Source: Candidatus Poribacteria bacterium (GTDB lineage: Bacteria > Poribacteria > WGA-4E > JAJDTR01). From it: a stretch of 64,000 nucleotides of DNA. The DNA lies in assembly GCA_965222225.1 (NCBI GenBank), contig CBDCTK010000002.1, positions 1,408,001-1,472,000 of the forward strand, in the 5' to 3' direction. Position numbers and translations under genes: made by a program. This document shows, piece by piece, positions 58,801 to 64,000 of the stretch (position 1 is its first letter; each line of letters opens with the position of its first letter). Below the pieces are notes generated by a model. The model searched no databases, was not told the origin of the DNA, and saw nothing but the letters and a program-made list of their open reading frames with translations.

Positions 58801-59348
58801 AGCTCGCGCAAAACCAAGGGCAGTTAAACGAGATGACCCAGAATCTCAGTGAACAGATGCGGCAACAGGGGCGAACTCCCGGGCTTGAGCAGATGTTGAA
58901 GCGGATGGGCTACGAACAGCAATTGATTCGCGAAGCAACGGAGCGGCTCTCGAATATGATGGAACAGTTTTCACAGGCGCTCGGAGACTTGAGGGTGGTC
59001 GCGGAGGAGATGAAAAAGGTTGAGACGGAACTTGAGGAAGGAAATATCAATCAGAAAATATTGGAGAAGCAGCGGCAGATTCTCACACGTATGCTCGAAA
59101 GTGCGAAGTCGCTCCAGAAACGTGACGTGAGCAAGAAGCGCCAAAGCGCGGTAGCTGAGACGTCGATAAATCCCGCTAGGGACGCGTCGTCGCTGGATCC
59201 AAAACTCCTAAGAAAGGTTCAACAAGTCGAATTAAATCTTAGATCTGGCGGAGTCGAATCCCTTCCATTTGAATACCGAGAGCAGATTGAACGGTATTTC
59301 AAAGCACTGTCTCTGCAGACACGAGGGTCAGGTACATCCGGGGAGTAA
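55836..59348 (+). CDS. DUF4175-like membrane-anchored Ig plus long coiled-coil protein
   Basis: Three TMs, DDYGL, Q/E-rich coiled coils, EYREQIERYFKAL terminus. Confidence 0.8.
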   Translation: MQNRHSEQSYQTIVNRLRSLGVQWRMLHIFQGLLLCSGVIAVALSVVLVIDQLLPIPRLIRMWLVLLVIGIGAYTIIFNFIRPVFGRLTINRVAAYIERSYPGFENRILSAIQLQPEIAHNRFGYALEFINRLTEQARQSIEEIKAKRVFEKEFLSLKRYGGFTVCAIALFVAINLVFSSAMIDFVAAFDEIPKTVQELLTVQINEVKPGNTRIESGADVTILAEVTGHFNTPVHLYYRVGGPDLTNEPMDSSESDWKSVLMTRSDTQIAYRVTVENITHSTEYYVQAKETQSDRYKITVTREPILSRFQLKLNFPNYTQLSPATLEENLGDVSALTGTEVQFEGEGNKPLSSGNKLVFDESESVTLRTTEQLKLAGSFIIQTSEKYHIELFDTHGMTNSSPIVYTINAVLDTEPMVEIIEPDRDVVLDDAMIVRLKINAEDDYGLEQLRLVYKVEGKDEEPVVILLKQWRTQQTEAYIEFSWDTDPIGLFPEDVVSYHVEAIDTDNVTGPNIGKSDTNTLRFPSLDELYAAIESSQEGEQAGLEALFEEQTEAIGIVDELLDKIRKNQELTAKDEQLMKQVLETQRQIKQTAEELVDNMEKTAEQMQTNELFELETVQKYQELQELMEQALSEEHKELLRKLSEALEQQQLSDQERELMDANFSQEQFLQQLDQLKELYKQMILQNQLEAVTKQTKELAERQQGLMEQAEEYHAQSNQKEASQPTGSQQALDQHGDELAKQEERIADGMDGLHNDLDELGREMSKHDNLQRVADEINRLNQFARNENVVPNLKEASTQMQHSQLERAMQPGQQAQNTMSDLAKGLENALEFMEGSNADETLTALREAVRSGVYLSEVHEDVIKDTNEILQSGHGQYIDGEIKRLQALAAKELSTATGIDQLASRLWELGKQQMQIDPKVVWRLNEASDALSRAASALEDRKANLATTIQKQGLADLNRAVVELLGSMNQMNQQMSMAGMENMLEQLQQLAQNQGQLNEMTQNLSEQMRQQGRTPGLEQMLKRMGYEQQLIREATERLSNMMEQFSQALGDLRVVAEEMKKVETELEEGNINQKILEKQRQILTRMLESAKSLQKRDVSKKRQSAVAETSINPARDASSLDPKLLRKVQQVELNLRSGGVESLPFEYREQIERYFKALSLQTRGSGTSGE

Positions 59349-59396
59349 AGTGTCTCCGACAAGGAAACTGAATTACTGTTCGCAATAGGGCGGCTG

Positions 59397-60241
59397 TTAG
59401 GGTAAGTATTCCGAATTGTCAGTAATACGACCACGCGTTACCGCGTATACAATCATGTTGGTGCCGAACATCATGACCCCGGGCGAATAGTGCATACTTC
59501 TGCCTGTGAAGTAATCCCAATAACCTTCCGACTTATCACCACTGCGAGTCTGCCGTTGATAGATATACCTTCTAGCGGACCAATCATTGGTATCATACCT
59601 ACGGGCGCGCCACCTATGTGATAAAAACAGCGATAAATCTCGTGGTCTTCGGATATCGGCTCAACTGGGTATGTGGGTAACAGTTCTTCTAGCATCCTTC
59701 GTATCGATTGATAAAATTCACCTTCCGTGTTAGAACTATCGTCAACGAATAGAAACCCGCCCTTCTCAACGAGATACCGCCGCAGATTTTCGCGTTCTGC
59801 TACGGACAGATAGACCGCCGTATCCTTACTACCACTATCCAGTAAGAGCATGGGTTGATTGAACAGCCCGTCGGAATCAACTTTCTCCGCAGGGATGTCG
59901 CGAGGGGGTGACAAGTAGACCGATTTCACTGTCGTTCGTCGAGGGATAAAGCGAACTTGCAAGCGACTTCTCTTGTTTACCCATTTTTCCAGAGCTGCCG
60001 GTTTTCCCTGAGACCAGAACGATCCATCGCTATAGAAAACCCCGGCGATGTGGACGTGCCCGCTTATGTTACCGTCATTGCCGTGAATGACAGCCCCACT
60101 TCCGTCAGTGTCGAGTTGCGTTCCTTCTGCAGCGTTCTTAACGATCTGTGCGTTATAGCTGCAAGCCATGAGTAAGGTGAGAAGAACAGATGCGACGCTG
60201 AGTTTGGGGATGATAGCCATATTGAGTTCCGCAGTTGTCAT
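59397..60241 (-). pseudogene. DUF4159 lipoprotein with a frameshift near 59525
   Basis: Lipobox LMAC, GGFLFVDD, HEIYRCFY; the family-type C-terminus FGTNMIVYAVT lies in the shifted frame ending at 59397. Confidence 0.7.
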
Positions 60242-60592
60242 GCTCGTTTCCCTCCATTAACTGCTTGGTGGTTTAGTCGGTTGCATCGTTTACCCGCTGC
60301 CGGCAACATTTGGATCTGACATTTCACCATCGCTACGGAGCAAGTTGCGTGCAACGCTTTGGGAAAAACCGGGAAACAGCGCGAAATAGCGGACACGTTT
60401 CACGAATCGCTTGCGAGATGCACAGCGTGAGTTATTCCGGACTTTAAACTGCACCAAACAGGGCAATCAAATTGCACCAAACAAAACAATCTGTCGAAGC
60501 CCTCGCCTAGTTCACCGTCCAACACGCCGCTATAACCAAACCGCGTTGGGAAACCCAACCCCTGCGAATTCCCATATGTACCAGCCCCAATC

Positions 60593-60617
60593 GTAGGGGC
60601 GAAAGGTAACCTCGCCC
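60593..60617 (+). repeat. GTAG-type REP-like hairpin
   Basis: GTAGGGGCGA-AAGGTAACC-TCGCCC. Confidence 0.5.
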
Positions 60618-60650
60618 AATACCTCGGGACAACTAACCCAAACTAAGTCT

Positions 60651-62888
60651 TTACTCCCCGCTCACTTTATCATCGCCAGTGTTCTTGGTTTTAGGCACCA
60701 GTAACTCGTGTAAATTAGTCTCGGACGGGTAAAGCTTCCTGTAGACGTAGTAGCTATCGATGACTTTTTTAATATGGCGGCGCGTTTCATCGATTGCGAT
60801 ATCCTCAATGAACTCATCCAAATCCGCCAATCCTCTTTCTTTCACCCAACGGCTCATCCGTCCCGGCCCACCATTGTATGCCCCAGTCACCAATGCATGA
60901 TTGTCTTGAAAGCGACTCATCAAGAATTTCATGTATTTCGTGCCCATCTCAATGTTCACGCCAGGATTCAATAGCATATTCTTCTTGAACGGGCGAATCT
61001 TGAGTTGACGCGCAAGTTCACGTCCGGTTTGGGGCATAATTTGCATTAAGCCTATTGCCCCAGCCCATGAAACTGCTTCAGCGCCGAACCGGCTCTCCTC
61101 CAGAATCATCGCCGCTATGAACAGAGGATCCATCTCATATTTCTTGGAATATTTATTGATAGTGTCATGATAGTAGATTGGGTAAAGCAACCGATACAGT
61201 TCCAGCGGTATCGCCTGATTTTCATCACGTATAGACGCCAGGGCGGATAACTGTTGCGCAAAATCGTAGGCCTCACTGAATCTCCGTTTCTTCTGGTAGC
61301 ATAAAATTAAGTTGTAGTAATTGGCGTTTCGATCTCCGCGCATCGATTTGATTTCCCCGCTTATCTCCGTAATAGCGTCATCGTAGAACCTGAGCTGCAT
61401 CAATTTATTAACACGTTCGGATTGGTTCAATCCAGCTTGTTTCCATTTTGAGTGATTAGGAACAGCATTCACACGAATAGAGACGGGGGCGACCTCCGCG
61501 TTCTCTATCCTTTCACCCATTTGACGAAGCACCGCCTCAGCCCGACTACCATAATACCAATGGTGCGCCCCGTGAACTTCGCGATATATCCTTTTCGCTG
61601 TTTCATGTTGATTCTTGCATTCGTAACACTTCGCCGTCCAAAAATGCGCAGCCATGGCGAGACGGTTTCCTGGGAAGAGACGCATCAACGAGGAAAAGGT
61701 CTCAATACTCTCGTCGAACCGCTTATGCTTGAAGTGAATCCATCCGATACGCCAATAAGCATCGGAGGCGAATCGGCTACTCGGGTATTTCAATGTCAAT
61801 TGACGATACGACTTGAGCGCTTCGTCGAAATGTTCCTCGTTTTCCTGCACCCATCCAAGATCAAAGAGCGCCTTATGCGCCAAGTCACTCCAACTGTAAT
61901 CCTTTACGAAAGCCTTCAACCGCTTTTGCGCGATATGGGGCTGTTTCTTGCGACGGTAGCAAATTGTGGTTTGGTACAACGCTCGGGTTAGGTAGTCGCT
62001 CGTCGGATAAAGCGTGACGACCGTGTTGTACTCGCGAATTGCGAGATCGTATTTGCGTCGGCGGTGATAGGCGCGACCGGTGAAGTAAACTGCTTGGCCG
62101 GTGAGTTTGTCGCCTTTTTTTGGAGAAACCGTGCGAAGCAATGCGATTGCATCCGTAAACCTTCCGTGGTTGTAAAGCACTATGCCGTGTGTTACACGTT
62201 GGCTACGGGTAACCTTCAATCTTGGGTGGGCTTTTGCCAACCTTTGAATCTCCCTGAGAGCATCTCGTGCAACCCCATCCGACTTGTCGGCATCAATGAG
62301 ACGTTGATAAGCGCGCAGAGCATTTTCCCACTTCCCCAAGCCTTCGTAGGCTTGCGCTTGCAGATAAGTCGCTCTTCTCACATAATCGCTCTGTTCATTC
62401 GCGATTAACTGAGAAGTAAATTCAATAGCGTTCGCATGTTTGTATTGCTTCAGATACACTTTCGCGATTTCATATTTTGCCATGAAAACGTGGTGGCTCT
62501 GTGGATATTGCTCAATCAACCGCTGATACCAAGCAACTGCCTTCGCATGATTCTCACGCTTCTGATGGATTTGTGCCAAGCGATAGATAGCGTAATCAGC
62601 GAGAATATAACTCGGTGAAACAGCCTTCTCATAATGTTTGGCAGCCTGATTCCACTTATTTAGTTTTTCATAACAGTACCCAAGTGTGTGATGGATCTCG
62701 TGCGTGTTTAATTTTGGAGCGGGGGTGCGCACCAACGACTCCAAGTGCTTGGCAGCAGATGTAAATTTTTCTTTCTCCATCAACACAAGTGCCTCGTTTA
62801 GTAGAGGATTCCCAAACACAGGCAATTCTAAACAGAAATAGACAGCGAGACTGATTAACAGAGAACAGAGGAAACGCGAATGTTTCAT
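60651..62888 (-). CDS. slt: TPR-containing soluble lytic murein transglycosylase
   Basis: Signal peptide, TPRs, EESRF, AIGLMQIMP, AYNGGPG, ETRRHI. Confidence 0.9.
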   Translation of the reverse strand: MKHSRFLCSLLISLAVYFCLELPVFGNPLLNEALVLMEKEKFTSAAKHLESLVRTPAPKLNTHEIHHTLGYCYEKLNKWNQAAKHYEKAVSPSYILADYAIYRLAQIHQKRENHAKAVAWYQRLIEQYPQSHHVFMAKYEIAKVYLKQYKHANAIEFTSQLIANEQSDYVRRATYLQAQAYEGLGKWENALRAYQRLIDADKSDGVARDALREIQRLAKAHPRLKVTRSQRVTHGIVLYNHGRFTDAIALLRTVSPKKGDKLTGQAVYFTGRAYHRRRKYDLAIREYNTVVTLYPTSDYLTRALYQTTICYRRKKQPHIAQKRLKAFVKDYSWSDLAHKALFDLGWVQENEEHFDEALKSYRQLTLKYPSSRFASDAYWRIGWIHFKHKRFDESIETFSSLMRLFPGNRLAMAAHFWTAKCYECKNQHETAKRIYREVHGAHHWYYGSRAEAVLRQMGERIENAEVAPVSIRVNAVPNHSKWKQAGLNQSERVNKLMQLRFYDDAITEISGEIKSMRGDRNANYYNLILCYQKKRRFSEAYDFAQQLSALASIRDENQAIPLELYRLLYPIYYHDTINKYSKKYEMDPLFIAAMILEESRFGAEAVSWAGAIGLMQIMPQTGRELARQLKIRPFKKNMLLNPGVNIEMGTKYMKFLMSRFQDNHALVTGAYNGGPGRMSRWVKERGLADLDEFIEDIAIDETRRHIKKVIDSYYVYRKLYPSETNLHELLVPKTKNTGDDKVSGE

Positions 62889-62940
62889 GGTTTTATTTTG
62901 AAATGGAGGGATCAAATAAGATTAAGCGAGTGTACAACGA

Positions 62941-63044
62941 GCGATCAAAGGAACGGATAGTGACTGCGATAGAGATTTCATAGAAATTCCTCCGCCGTGC
63001 CGTAATCTGCATAAGGGGTACGGCATACGGAGTATGCCTACTAC
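62941..63044. repeat. REP-like cluster upstream of slt
   Basis: 62941-62976 matches the reverse complement of 32020-32055 at 31/36; minus-strand GTAGGCATAC-TCC-GTATGCC at 63022-63041. Confidence 0.6.
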
Positions 63045-63243
63045 TAGCATCTTGTGCTAACATTCATTCAGAATATGTGTAAATCTGAACATGAATGACT
63101 ATAAATGTAGGGACTTAGTAGTTAACTGCTTTTTGGTCGATTTGCTTGCTTTTCTCTTCTTAATGTACAATAACTTTAGACAGTGTTCGGAATCTTGATT
63201 CACACTAAAATACATCTCTATAAGAGAGAAATGGAGGCATATC

Positions 63244-63366
63244 ATGTTGACCAAGCGTTTGTACATGCTCGCGGGAGCATTGCGGGTTATCTGCGGGATT
63301 TTAATTTCCAACACTATGGGATTTTCAGCACACCATGATGTTGTCGTTGACAGAATATACCGATAG
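63244..63366 (+). CDS. second copy of the putative 40-aa IS passenger peptide
   Basis: Same sequence as 8378-8500. Confidence 0.4.
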   Translation: MLTKRLYMLAGALRVICGILISNTMGFSAHHDVVVDRIYR

Positions 63367-63384
63367 CCAAACAATTCATGTGGC

Positions 63385-64000
63385 TCAGGTGAAGCATTCA
63401 TCAAAAAATCTTATGAAAATCTCATCATCTTTTCTGCGATTATATTTCCAGCAAGACTCCATGATATACAGTGGCAGCCACTTCTTGCTGTAGTGATGAT
63501 GCGTTCCGTAGAATGACCTCTTGACACAAGCCCAAAACGACTCGATGGTGTTGGTGTGAGTTACGCCGTCCTCAGAAACATATCTCTCTTGGTGATGGAT
63601 AACATGTCTTTCGATATCTTCGTCCAGACTATTGTAAGAGCGAAATTCATCAGTCATAAGAATAGACTCATCGGGTGAGACATTGCTAAGGATGAATTCT
63701 CTGATATTTTCACCAGATAGAACCTTCATGAATTTAGCAACCACCCGACCGCCTCTCTCGACTACGCCGATGACGGGAGATTTATTTGTGCCTCTACCTC
63801 TCTTAGATTTTGCTCTGGGTTTGCCGCCGACATAGGTTTCGTCCGCTTCAACTATCCCTTTCAGCAATTCATCACTATCACTCATTTTCTCACGGAGGCG
63901 CATTGCCATATACCAAGCGGACTTTTGATTCATGTCCAAGTCACGAGCAAGCTGACAACTCGATATGCTTTTCTTGGCATTGGAAAGAATTGAGATAGCC
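63385..64000 (-). CDS. IS1595-family transposase, C-terminal part (5' end outside the window)
   Basis: Matches the C-terminal part of 8519-9373. Confidence 0.95.
   Translation of the reverse strand, partial: AISILSNAKKSISSCQLARDLDMNQKSAWYMAMRLREKMSDSDELLKGIVEADETYVGGKPRAKSKRGRGTNKSPVIGVVERGGRVVAKFMKVLSGENIREFILSNVSPDESILMTDEFRSYNSLDEDIERHVIHHQERYVSEDGVTHTNTIESFWACVKRSFYGTHHHYSKKWLPLYIMESCWKYNRRKDDEIFIRFFDECFT

Larger units (their letters stand above)
63110..64000 (-). mobile_element. IS1595-family insertion sequence, copy 2 (truncated by the window edge)
   Basis: Starts GGGACTTAGTAG; near-identical to copy 1. Confidence 0.95.

Noticed and set aside
1-64000. CRISPR array, tRNA, rRNA, integrase or prophage
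   Set aside because: No regularly spaced repeats, cloverleafs, rRNA signatures or phage genes seen
1-64000. Numerous 60-180 aa ORFs antisense to or nested within called genes
   Set aside because: Shadow ORFs with no motifs, overlapping well-supported CDSs

Overview
Bacterial chromosomal window, mostly housekeeping genes with several accessory insertions. The secreted beta-propeller with a C-terminal NFPNPFxxETWIPYQL/FlgD-like domain suggests Candidatus Poribacteria; this is an inference, not a database result. Content in order: start of the dcw cluster (rsmH-ftsL-ftsI, no mraZ); an MtaA/CmuA-type methyltransferase; a frameshifted DUF559 gene; a lipoprotein-Rieske-cytochrome b operon without cytochrome c1; glgC split by an IS1595-family element (8-bp TSD, second copy at the right window edge); hisB; VWA, QW-repeat, CoxD/CoxE/MocA and acyP genes; a coupled double-sacsin(GHKL)/SNF2-helicase pair (candidate defence module); a MITE with nested REP-like units; a pseudo-caspase/PEGA gene beside a variant diadenylate cyclase; aroF-leuA and tyrS, each behind a related Tyr-rich leader-peptide attenuator; a frameshifted methionine gamma-lyase; an ECF sigma/anti-sigma/TPR locus; CIRCE-controlled His-tailed groEL; a VWA/DUF4159/DUF4175 operon; and a TPR lytic transglycosylase. 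The strongest leads are the paired attenuators, the putative cytochrome-b562-like partner of the Rieske/cyt b complex, the sacsin-SNF2 pair and a small ORF carried inside the IS1595. All product calls come from motif recognition by eye.
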